Below are positions 26,344-38,184 of a DNA stretch of 64,000 nt, piece after piece (position 1 is the first letter of the stretch; every line of letters begins with the position of its first letter). Source of the stretch: Paraspadella gotoi (lineage: Eukaryota > Animalia > Chaetognatha); NCBI GenBank assembly GCA_051294375.1, contig CM119266.1, positions 25,441,731 through 25,505,730 of the forward strand, written 5' to 3'. The notes below the pieces were generated by a model. That model was not told the DNA's origin. It saw only the letters and a program-made list of their open reading frames with translations, and did no database searches. Position numbers and translations under genes: made by a program.

Positions 26344-29300
26344 ATGTTATTCACCGTCATAATCGCCGTAATCTATATTTGCGGGCGGTTTCGAACGACT
26401 GACGGCGTTGTAACTAAAGTCGACCTCATAACAAAAGTTGATTGTTTCAAAAAGGGGGATTATTTTGACCCAGTGGACCTGAGATGTCGAGAATGCCCTA
26501 CTAATGCCGTTGTAGAAGCATCTGGTATAAAAACAATTTAAGTTGTATTAAACTCTTTTTACATAGAGTAGAATATGGCATTTCTAATCAACGACCCACT
26601 CCCACCTCCCGATTCCGTTGCATTCAGGCCTCAGTTGCGAATGCAAAGCCACGCACTTTGTCGAATTAATTTATCCGGCGCTAAAATGCGGTGCTTGTCC
26701 GTCGAACCAACGCCAATCGGAAGACGGACGAACATGCGTCGAGTGTGAGGAGATCGACACAGACACTGACAGATGTCGTTGCTCGGGTATGAGATTGATT
26801 TCAATATTGTGAAGTAAAAACCGAAAATGATTGTGACAATGACCAACTCCAATAATATCACACACATACTGTCATACGAATGCTTTCTATGTTCCATGCA
26901 GCGTCGGATTCCATCGTAAGCGACCGGACTGTCGACGGATCCATACGAAACAGAAGTAGAGCCATTTGCCTTGGGTGCGCTGATGCCTCCGCGCCTTTCG
27001 TCAACGCCGGCGGTCGACAATCCTGTCGGTTTTGTCGGCAGCATTTCGCCGCCGTTGGTTCCTGCATCTGCCCCGCCGGGCAAGAATCTGGTGGAGTGTG
27101 TCTAAAGGAGACCCCTGGTAAGGTTAAGAAGTTAACAGCGATTTTGGTAGTATAGAAGAAGTATGTAAATTGAACAGATAATCATACAGTAACGAAAACA
27201 ATTTTTTACCTCGACTTATCCCTTTGTTTTGACCCCAGTTATCAACTCAAAAATGGTAGAAGTAGAATCGGCGACCGGAACCCAAGTGACGTCGGCGTTC
27301 TTCGAGTCGAACGCCGTCGCCGCCAGAGAACTCTGCGGTCCTGAATACCGGAACGCAACTGCGTGCGAGACGCTGGCAAACTTGTGCGCTATGACTCTTT
27401 ACGATCTCACCGGTAAATCTCAAAATATAGCTTCAAGTTTCAACCTTTAGACGTAACGAGAGTAGTAAACTCCGTACCTCGATCGTTCTCCGTCTCCCAG
27501 CCAACTCGCCTTGCGACGCATTCGTCAAGCTGCAACAGGCCAACTCTTACGTTCCTCGAGTATTATATGCGGAGAATATTGCCGAGGTGGTTCTGAAGGA
27601 AACTTCGGTTGCCAAGGGGATAAGCCAGCAATTCTCGCTTCAGAGTGAAGACGAGGCAAGTAACTGAGTATTGAGTAACTCTCTTACGGCTTTCGGCGTA
27701 CGGAATTATAATCATAAAGTTGTTCGTCTGTCTTAGCACAACTCGTTCCGGTTTTGGAAATCTTCTTTCTCTGCGACCGGCGATTTCATGGGATTGACCC
27801 GAACATCCCTGCACATCTTTCATCTCTGTGGCACGACAGATCTTAAAGCGAAGGCAGCCGAAACGTTTGGTTTTAACTATGAGATCTCGGTGAGTTTTAA
27901 AGACATATATATAATATTAATATATAAATATTATATAAATTATTATATGTATATCTATTATATATGAGAGTGGTTTTTCATGATTTTCAATCTGATTAAA
28001 CTAATTAAAAACTCCCTGAGTGCGTTCGCGGCGCCTCATCTTTTTGGACCGATGAGCCGGCGTCGCCAACCTTCCACGAGTTATTCCTCGAATCTCTTGC
28101 CGACGGCGCCGTCTCGCTTTATCCTGTGCCCGTTCGCGTGCTAAATCTCAAAATTTCGGGAGCGAAACCCAACGAGGGTGCCACAAAAAACTGGCAGCTC
28201 GTCACTCGATTCCATCTCGTTGACAGACTCAGGTACGTCTAATCTGTAGTTTTTTAAATGCAAATTGGGGGATGTACGAGTTGGAATTTTGTCTTAGCGG
28301 CGTCCCTTCCGGTGGCGGGGAGGCAAAGTTCGTCCGAGTTGCCACCCGGATCGCCCTTCACATTTCGCTCGCCAAATCGGAAGCTGCCGACGCCGCTGAG
28401 GGAAGAATTCTCCCGCCTTATTTGGAGGTAGAATACACGACGTTGGACAGGGAGAGCGATTTCATAAAAAATACCGACGTATCAATCTCCTTTAAAGTGC
28501 AGTATCATGCGGACGTCACGGAGGTGATTATTAGTATAAAACTAGACCAACGACCATTACGCATGTTCAAGAGTTGGACTAAAATATTTTCAGATCAAGG
28601 ACTCCGTCGAAATCGCCGCTGCCGTTTTGGGTGTCTTCGCCGCCATCATTTCTTTTGTACAGGCAAGAGCCTCATAACCAAATCCTCTACTTGTAGAAGG
28701 TTTATCTTCTTTTTTTTTCCAGACTTGGAGCTGGTATAAACGATCTGGGAGATTCACTATTGACTTCATTGCCATTTTAAAATTTCTTCTCTTTGGCTGT
28801 GGCAACGTCGCCAACGTTTTCTTCGTCATAGTCTTTGGCTGCTGTTTCTGGTAAAATATTATAGACCGAGAGATTAAGCGATACGACTCTAACATCTATT
28901 TTTCACGGGTAGGTGGTTGACTTTTTACAAGAATCAGTCTCTTCCCCACACCCTCTTGCCTTCGACATCCGATGACGGAATAGTCGTGCCTTTTTTAATA
29001 TCCGCCGTGATCCTTAAGACAATACAAGTCATCCATATGATCTACTGCCAAGTCACAGTCGATACGTTCTTCATCGACTGGGAACATCCGCGAAGTTCCA
29101 AAGGCAACTAATGCTCTACCTTTTTAATTTATAATGAGAAAGAAATTTCATCCCAAACATCGTTCAGGTCATGGAAAAATGACTCTGGCGTCCATCCCGA
29201 CCACCGGAGCAAACAACTCAGAAAAGTCGTCCGGAGATGCGATGGTTCCAATGTCCGAGGACGTAAAGTCGTCCGCGCCACCACCGAACGCCAAACAACT

Positions 29301-30798
29301 GACGGTCAGCATCTGGCGTACTTACTTCGTCGCCAACGAGTGGAACGAAATACAGCATCTGAGGAAGACTAGCGTTGTAAGATATTTAAGATTTTTAATA
29401 AAATTCACTAAAATGTACATCTAATTTTTATATTGGTTGTACCAATTTGATATAAATTTAAAAAAAAATAAAATTCGCAAATAGGGTCTTCAACTTCTGA
29501 TCACTCTCTTCGTGCTAAAAGTCCTCAAGTTTGAAGAGATGGCATCCGCGGACCCCATCGGTGACTTAAATAGCAACAGCCATTATCGAAGTCCGCAAAA
29601 CTCGTTGCTTCGTTTCGCAATCGCCGCCGCCATTTATTTAGTACTGGGTAAGGCGTTAAGACAAAATACTGATAATATAACGCTCAGCCATCGTTCGGTT
29701 TTCAATAGGTTTAGTTCAGTGGATTTTTTATACGGTACTTTACGAACGGTTCCTGGAGAGCAAGTTGCATAACTTTGTGGACTTTTGTTCGATGGCCAAC
29801 GTCTCCGTTTTCGTGATGAGTGAAAACAACTTTGGCCACTACATTCACGGGCGTTCAGTGCACGGAAACGCAGACACGGGAATGCTGCAGATGCACGAAA
29901 ATCTTAAAAGAGAGGAGGTGATAGAAAAACCGAACTAATCGACCTTGCATCATGCAACCATGGGATGGGGTATTTAATATATAATGAATGAATTACAATT
30001 GTAAATCTATTTCGTATAGTCTGACCTCTGCGGCCAGCGAGGACTCTTGCCCAACTCCGACCAACAAACGTACCAAATAACCGTCCCGCCAGCCGTTCGG
30101 GAAAAATACGACCGTGTGCTGGCCAATTATAGGATCGCTTCATCCACTACCAGAGCGGCGCGTGCGGGCCAACCTGGCTCAGCCTTCGAAACGATGGTCG
30201 AGTCTTATCGAAGGCTCAATGACTTTTTCAAATACTTTATCGATCACGTGAGTGCGGAAAACATTAAAAATATAAAAATCAATAGCGAAATCTTTATTTT
30301 TATTTTATTCCCCTCCCTTTCATAATTTAAGAACTTGCGAGACGTCGATTACATTACAACTGAGAGAAAGTTCTTGGAATCCGTTTTGGATGCAGAGTTG
30401 AATCAGTTCGACGACCGCGCCATTTTCTATTCCGACGACGGGACGTCGTTTCGCAATGTCATGTTTTTAGGTAGGTATACATCAGAACAAAGAGTGATCA
30501 CAGCAACGATCTTTCGAATTGTGAGAATTTTTTTTTTTTTTCGTAGGAAATGAATCAACTCTTTTAATGTTCGATATTCTGGTTTTTTGTACAATTGACT
30601 TCTTCGCTCAGGATTTCGTCACCGCCACTATCCTCACATTCCTCTTGGCTTGGGTAAAGTCTTTGGGGGAAAATTAAAGGGCGACTATCTTGTAACTAGC
30701 TACTTTTTTTTAAACAGGCCTTGCAAATTCTACGATCATATCTGGGCAGAAGAAATTTGGTCAGGAAAACATTGGTCGATGAAAGATTTTTAATTTAA
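26344..30798 (+). CDS. TMEM67: Meckelin (ciliary transition-zone membrane protein)
   Basis: About 18 exons. Signal peptide MLFTVIIAVIYICG (an in-frame upstream ATG also exists at 26311), Cys-rich ectodomain, ACETLANLC, FFIDWEHPR, VSIWRTYFVANEWNEIQ, FVDFCSMANVSVF, GHYIHGRSVHGNADT, C-terminus KTLVDERFLI*. Confidence 0.95.
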
Positions 30799-30919
30799 TC
30801 TCCATTTGTTGTTGTGTTATAATTGATCTTGGAATGTGCAATGTTGCTGAAAAAAATACAATGAACTTATATAAAATTAACAAATTTTTCATTTTACTAA
30901 ATTTTTGATAAAGAAGTAT

Positions 30920-32969
30920 TCACAAGGGCAGCTTTAGAGTGTGAACATAAAACCGAATCCAAACGTGAACGATACCCACGGCACAATACGTAGACATCAG
31001 CATCAAAGGCAAAAACGGAAGTCTCTCCCCCAACCCCAGAGCTCCGTGACCCCATCCGGCGTAGCAATGAATCAAAAGCATGCCAGCTACGTAGGCCTTT
31101 TCCGGCGAACTCAGCAACGGCTCCTCAGAGGCGGAAGCCGGAACGACGTTTTCGGCGAGAAGACGGTACGCGACGAGGGTGTAGAGTAGAAATAGGCCGA
31201 CCTTGAGAGGCGCCTCAGCAGGAGTGAAGACAAGAGGGAACAAAGAGAAGTGGGCCGTCGTGGCCAAGAGGAAGAAGAGGCGTTTATCCTCGCGTGTGTC
31301 GAAGGCCAACAGCGTCATCGGCACGATCATCATCAGCGCCGCTTTTTCGTGCACGTGCCATCCGAATAGAAAAGAAGCGAAGGCACAAAGGATGATGGCG
31401 CGCACGAATCGGGTCGGCGTCGGGTAGGAACGCCACACGTCGATAAGTGCCGGGGTCATAGCAGCGGCGGTAAGTATCAGCGTCGTCGGCGGCGCGATTG
31501 GGGGGAGTACGGCGTGGTGGAAGTCGCCTACTAAGCCTCCGGTCATCGACGCTGTTTCCGGTGGCAGCTCCACGCCGGCGAAGCGCAGAAGCACAGCGGC
31601 AGCCTTATCTGCCGAGTTGTAGAGAGCCCAAAAATTGGGGGCCCAGTAGGCGTGGCAGAGACCCCGTTTGAAAGGGAAAAGGCGCGAAAGGACTTGAGCT
31701 ATTTGACCCAAGAACGGACCGAACGACAGAAGAAATGTGACGACCACCGTAGATCCAATCGTCGCTAGCTTGACCGGAGAAAAAGAGCTCCAAACGACGC
31801 GGCCGCGCCCGTCCAATTGGGTGAAACAGATTTTGAGAAGATAGGCGAAAAAGGCGGGCGCCATGTAGGCAAAGATGTGTTTGAGGTTAAGCAGAGCGGC
31901 GAGGAAAGCTGCAGCCTCGACGTGCCGCCGCTGAAAAATACGAACAACGCCGAGTAGCAGGAGTCCAAAGAGGGCGCCATTGTACTGAAAGTGGATGTGG
32001 TCGACGAGGAATAGACCGAAGTTACCCAGAAGAAGCACTGCCACGAAGGTTTCAAGGCGCTCGATTGAAGATAGGCGCTCCTCGCCAGAAACAAAAGCGG
32101 AAGAGGATCGTGTTCGTGAGAGAAGTTGAGAGAAGCGAGTCTGATGAAGAAATAAAAAGATAATATCTGATGAGAAAGACTTGAGTTTTCAAACGAAATT
32201 ATAATCAAACCATCCTACCTGGCAGAATTCCTTGCAGGCGTAGACTAGAATGAAGTCGGTGGCGACGACCGAAAGGCGTTGGAAGACGACGGTGGCGGTG
32301 GAGGCGTAGTTGAGGTTTCCAACCTTCACCATCTCGGGATCGAAGAAAGCGGCGATTTGAGAGAGAAGAAATTCGAAGTAAGCGAAGAAAGGAGGATAGT
32401 CGAGCGTCCATTCCGAAGTGGAATCGTAGTACCATTCCTGTTTATTCGGAAGACGATAAGATTCTTAGATTGGTACATTTTAATCAAATTCATTTTTCTC
32501 ACCATTTTTCTTTTAATTAGAATCTATGGCAATAAAATAATTGGTTGTACCAATTTCATAAATATAAACTTCAGGAATTGGACAATGGTCAAATCTTACT
32601 AGTTAAAACATAGATACAGATCAAATTGATCAGTCTACTCGCCTTTATCGGGAGACTGTGCGTGATGGCGAGCCAGTTGCGGTGCACCTCGAAGTCCGTG
32701 GATCGATACGCTGGAATCGTAAGCGTCTTAAGGCAGGCGAGGACGATGCCGAAGAACCAGACGCGGCGCCCGATGGCTTTGTAGGCGGCCGAGGCCCGAT
32801 CGCCCAACTCGGTCGACGACGATTCGCCCTCTCGAGAGGGTTGGTCCGTGGAAGACGACACGTCGGCATTCTTTCTTTCTTGTGGGCGAGACAAATGAGG
32901 GTCACCGCCGCCTTCGACTTCGGAACCGCCGCGGCCTCGTTGACGGGCACCTCGAGCCGGCCTGACCAT
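30920..32969 (-). CDS. ALG8: ALG8 Dol-P-Glc:Glc1Man9GlcNAc2-PP-Dol alpha-1,3-glucosyltransferase
   Basis: Exons 32969-32643, 32437-32219, 32140-30920. Motifs [75 protein letters not shown]. The first intron has a GC donor. Hydrophilic N-terminal extension of ~55 aa. Confidence 0.95.
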
Positions 32970-33008
32970 CGTCGCCGACGCGCAGTCTCCCGATTAATGC
33001 AATGTTAA

Positions 33009-33122
33009 TCAATCCTTTTTGGCTCGAGCATTGACGGAGACGAAGTGGTAGAGCACCACCAGCAGAAAAAGCGACACCCCCATGATGTTGGAGAAGATCG
33101 CGAGATGAACGTCAGTGATCAT
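33009..33122 (-). CDS. OST4: Oligosaccharyltransferase subunit 4 (37-aa microprotein; not in the ORF track)
   Basis: Translates to [37 protein letters not shown], matching my recollection of human OST4 ([37 protein letters not shown]) at the same length. Preceded by a putative 42-nt 5'UTR intron at 33143-33184. Confidence 0.95.
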   Translation of the reverse strand: MITDVHLAIFSNIMGVSLFLLVVLYHFVSVNARAKKD

Positions 33123-33716
33123 AGTCTAAATTTAGATATAACCTGCAGCCCAACAAGAAAATAAAAAATAATCACAGATTCTACCTATTGAATACTATCG
33201 TCGATTTGGGAATAGTCAATAGATTCTGAGCAGCGACTCGGGTCTCTTTTCCGATCAGATGATTCGGAAAGCATCCAGTATGTCTCGCATAATTAGATTC
33301 TACGTCAATTCTCAACAAGAAAGTTTTGCTGGAGAGCGATTCCATTCACGGTTCCACTTGGTTCACTTGTGCTTCAGCCGTTTTGCCCGCTGATTTTGTC
33401 GTGATGTTTCGCTCAGTTGAGACGGGAGTTGGTTATTTCTTGGTTAATGTCCGTAGGGCCCAAGTCTTGCTTAGACTGAAGAGACTTATCAATACAGTTT
33501 GATCTGCATTCGATGGACCTGACCGATACGAGTTTTTTGTGGTTCAGAATTGTGGGTACTAATCGAACTCGCTGCTCTTGGCGACACCAACGGGGTTGAA
33601 CCATCAGTGAACCTTTCGACGCCTCGTGGCAAGTAATTTCCGCAGCCTTTCTTGATTCTGAGAGACTTTCATAATCGATTTTTTCTTTACCCAAACGAAA
33701 ACGGCGCGTCGTTTGC

Positions 33717-33935
33717 ATATCTCAAATATTTTTACATTGAAAAATAAAGTTCTTCAGAAACTACTTATGTTCTTTACAATACAATTTTTAATTGTTCACG
33801 TATTAATTGAATTTAACTTTTTTTCATGGTTTTTCTCCATTTTATTACGTTTTCGTTGGCTCAGACTTAGTCTATGTTGATTTCGATTGTACTGAATCAA
33901 CCTTGTTATATTCGAATAAAATCGCATACATACAT
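33717..33935 (+). mobile_element. 5'-truncated 3'-end copy of the LINE family found at 60-64 kb
   Basis: Collinear similarity to 63628-63870: ATCTCAA, TCTTCAGAAACT, AGACTTAGTCT, GATTGTACTGAATCAACCT, TTCGAATAAAATCGCATA. Ends in a short CATA-type tail. Confidence 0.8.
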
Positions 33936-34940
33936 ATAATATAAACGAGACTGTGAGAGAGTCTTGATTGAAAGCTTGCAGGGACCTGCTATGTCATTAT
34001 CTTGTAAGAGTGATGGAGGCCTTAAACCACCAAAGGCTGTCCAAAGTCAGGGGCAAGATAGCTTATTTATTAATGAATGGATAATTTTTATATTGGTTGT
34101 ATCATGAGGAATCACGTCAATGGCGACGTTTCAATGGACTGCTCAATCAGCCCCACCAACCACAAAAACCTCTTCGAAGATTTTCCCAATACCCAATACT
34201 AGATCATAATCATCTGGCCACCAGAGACGAAGATTGGATTATGCGCTGTGTCGTCCTAATTGTGTCTAAAAAACTGTCTAAAGTTGTTCAACTCTACAGG
34301 TAAATTTTTATCGTCGGCGTTCATACAGTAGATTTCGTTGAGCGAAAAGAGCCGGATGTTTGGATGTTTGGTAATGGTAAAAAAGCTTGCAATCGCGAGA
34401 AAATGAAATTAATTTTTAAAGCAGCGCACGATAACAGAGTCGATGAGCTTTCACCCAAATGAAAACCCGGTAATTTTTGTTTCGAAATTTTTTCAATGAC
34501 AATGTGGAATGACGTGGTGGATTTTGATAGCAAATTTTCTTTTTGAGTCTTTGGCTAGTAACAAAAAATCAAAGGGAACGAAGCAACATTAAAAGCTCTC
34601 TCGATTTCGAATTAGATGAATGGAATGTTGGAGCGACTCTTGTCTCGAACCTGGCCCGAATTAAAAGAACTTCCCTTTTGTTTTTTTCGCTTTCGATGCC
34701 TCATTGTCTCATTGAGTTGTCTAAAAATTTGTTTAATTTAGCTAGCTAAGCCACAAACCCACTAGCCAGTATTATTATTAATAAAAGTGGGAAAAACTAT
34801 GAACAAAGAATAATTTTTAATAAATTAATTTATTCTTCAAACTAAAACCTTTACTCCATCCGAATAAAAATCACAGATTGCAATACAATCGTTGAAAAAA
34901 ATGAAAATTTCCCTTGTGATCACAAAGTTCAGAGAGATTG

Positions 34941-36175
34941 TCAAGAAGCGTCGCCCTGTACAGTTAATAGAGCCTCTAGTGACTCCCATCGCGCGTCAAA
35001 TTCGTCTTCAGACAAAAGTCTCCAGTTAGGCGAAGCTACGTCGCCCGTCGCCAAAAAATTAAAGTCGTCGACGAGACGCCAATTGTTTCGTTCCCGGTCC
35101 AAACCGGAAGAAGAGTAATCCGATTCGATCCCCGGGTAGGAAAGAGCGTAGGGGGCAAACGCCACGGCTGAACAATCTGGAAAAGGTGATAATGACGTAG
35201 GATTATGAAGACTGATTGAAGAGACCATTGAAGCAAAATGGAAATAAAGTAGGAATAAAATCTAAAAAAATCTCACTCACCTTCCACGATGGTCCTCGAG
35301 GCGACGTGGACGTGAAACCGGGAATTCTTTGTCTCGTGAATCCGAATCTGTTGAGCGGCGATGACGAAGACGCAGTCGCTGCATCGATCCAAGAAAGCTG
35401 CACCGGAAGTGGGCCCGCAGAAGATTCGACAGCGCTGCAGGTCGCGCGCGTGAAGCGACGAGGGCGCGCCGCGAACGAGCACGTCGCAATCGCAGAGGCG
35501 CGAGAGCCCGACGGTTCGGCCGGAAACGTCGGTGCCGGAAACAGAGACGCGTGAGTCGGTTCGATCTTCGACCACGCAATCGCCTTCTCCCCAAGTCTTT
35601 GCCGGTCGTCGGTTGCCGTCATTACGAGTAGAGGCATTGCTATCATCGTTCGAAGAGGCGGCTATTGTTGGTGCTGTCGTTGTAGTAGTAGTTGCCGTCG
35701 GAGAATTTTCCGACTTTTTAAAGCCAAATTTCTTCTTCGGCAAAACTTTGTTTCGCTTCTCCATCAAAGCCCACGCCAACGCGTCGATCCTTTCCTGACT
35801 TCGTCTCACGTCGAACGTCGGCAGAAAAAGTTTGGAATCTGCGAAGAAACTCGTCAGCCTCTGAACGTCTTCGTTGAGGGCGTCGAGGCGTCGGGCCAGG
35901 GAGACACGATCGGAATCGGGAACGACGCCAGCGATTCCCTCTTCGATCTCCGCCGCGCGCCGTCGAAAATCAGCGTCGAATTGGAGAACGTTTTCGTTCT
36001 CGGCCGAGGTCTCTTGGCGGACACGGTGACGTTCCTCCAGAGCCGCTTGACGAGCGGCGTCACGAGAAGCGAGGCGAGCCGTCACTGCGGAACGTTTAGC
36101 GCTTTCGATGGACGCTTCTGTGATACTGGGTTCCTCATACGGCTCCTGGTCTTTTGAAGACGTAACTTCCGGCAT
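34941..36175 (-). CDS. TBCC: Tubulin-specific chaperone C (tubulin folding cofactor C)
   Basis: Exons 36175-35281 and 35176-34941. N-terminal helical domain ending LPKKKFGFK; C-CAP/cofactor C domain with CGPTSGAAFL, AAQQIRIH, SRTIVEDC, NWRLVDDFNFL, SPNWR. Confidence 0.92.
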
Positions 36176-36562
36176 AGTTTCGGTGTTTTTTTTTTAATCT
36201 GATCAAATTTGAAAAGTAACAGTCAAATACAAATCTACTATTAAAGTATATAAAAAACTCCTTTTCATTAACTTGGAAATGAAACATTTAAGGTGGGAAC
36301 GTTTTGCAAAATCAAAACTTTTCTACTAGAAGTTTATCTCTGCGATTATCTGGAATTACAGTCAAATAACAAAAATAAGGACGAAGCGGGAAACATTTCT
36401 GTGAACGAGTTTCGAGTAATGACAAGCAAACGAAAGACTAGAAGCGGTTTTCATAAATTAAATGAGATTGTTGTCTCTCGAGTGAAAAAAAAAAACAACT
36501 CATTTTGCGAGAATCTTCAAAAATCGTTTGGCGGAAAAGTAATATTAAAACTCCTTTATTCA

Positions 36563-38086
36563 TCAAGGCGAGTTTGGGGTGTAAAACTTAATCTTCTTTT
36601 TGGGCGATTCACCAGGATCTGGAGTAACAGAGCCGTGTCGTTTGGCCATCGCCCGCAAGGCGTCACGGACGAGTGAAGGGTGCGCCGAAGCCACAGAATC
36701 CCAGAGAGGAGAGTCCATTACGCGGTTTGGATTCGAGGAGAAGAAATCCAGTGTGCGCCGCTTCAAATCTTTCACATATTTATATCAATTTAAAGCTTTG
36801 TAGGTATTTTTTTTTTTAAAACACGACAGATTTATTATCTCTGAATAAAAACTTTCTCACCTTTGCACCCGTGTAGATGCGCCAGTACCATGATGTACGA
36901 AACATTATCGACGGTCAAGTTTCGTCCCATGAAATTCTCGCAGTGAGATTTGAGTTCGGAAATGCCGTACTTGTCGGCGGCAGTAAAGAGATCTTTGGCA
37001 AGTTGGACGTCGAGAGCTCCGCCAACTTCCCCAGTGTAGACGTAGCGGAGAAAGTGTTTCATCACCGAGGCGTCCATGTCAGATATCTCGACTTCACCGC
37101 ATTTCTGCTCGATCATCTTACTGTCAAACATCCTGGCGAAAACTTCCGACCGGGCCGCCAGGATAGCCTTGTGGGCGAGAAAGGTGCTTCCGTCGACTGA
37201 GAGAGTGACATCTGCGTGAGTTTGGGAGACCGAGGCGGCCGAAGAGTATGAGGGGATGGGCCCGGCCGCGTCATCCAGTAGACGTCCTAAATCACGGCCG
37301 AGAATGGAAGTGGTTAGTTCCGGCGCCGGAGTTGCGACGCCCGGTGCGCCCTTCGTCTCGCAGGCGGTGGTTGATTCCCCAAAAACGGACAATTTGCACT
37401 GGATGGTTAGTTTGTCGCCGGGTACAAGCTGAGCCGCGTTGTCAATTAGGTAGGAACGAGTTACTGGATAGAAAAGAGGAAAATGTTGCTCGGTATAATA
37501 TCAAAAATGCTTAGTAAAAAAAAAACCTTTGCTGTGAATCCCCGATTTGACTAAATCTCTATTTGGTCTAAATTGGTGAGACTTGAGCCTCTTGAAGCAA
37601 GGCTTCCGGCCGTCGGGAGTGACGAGAGAGATTTCCAGCCCCGCGTTTCGTGATTCCTCGGGACTCAACAAATCCAAAGTCAAACAGAAAAATTCTGTAG
37701 ATGCATTGTGTGAGATTCTTATATTTTTTTAATATAATTTGTTATTATTTTATTCAAGCTGAAAGCGTACCTTTGTGATCTTCTGGACAACTTCCGAAAA
37801 AACACTGTAGACGCCACCGAGTTTCACTGGCGGCGTCGCCGACGCCGAACTCGACGCCGAGTCTCTCCTCGTTTGCGTCTCGGACGGAGAAGTCATCGAT
37901 CGTCCACGACATCGTGGCGTGAGACTTGCGGTATCGAGACGTGAAGGCAAATTGACGCTCGTCGGTGGCGGAAGGCGCCGGAGAGATTGCCCCTTCAGCG
38001 GAGGAAAACAGCAGCGAATGTTGGAATGCTTGCTGGAAATTCATCGCGCCAAGTTTTTTGTCATCGAATGGAAGAATTGGTTGCAT
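36563..38086 (-). CDS. SPOP/roadkill-like MATH-BTB protein
   Basis: Exons 38086 (or 38044)-37771, ~37695-37527, 37463-36861, ~36768-36563. MATH-like SWTIDDFS...WRL...DKLTIQCKLSV; BTB DVTLSVDGSTFLAHKAILAARSEVFARMF...FLRYVYTG...AADKYGISELKSHCE; C-terminal NLS-like PKKKIK. Confidence 0.85.
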
Positions 38087-38184
38087 TTACATTTCTAAAC
38101 AGTAAGTTATCTCTTAAAAAATACGGTTTCAACGTAACAGGCATAGATGTAAAAAAAAATGTTCAGGGAGAAAAATCATGCCGA

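Noticed and set aside
33578-33640. tRNA-like 3' end (GGTTCAACCCCGTTGGTGTCGCCA) on the minus strand
   Set aside because: There is no matching 5' acceptor strand, D-arm or anticodon arm.
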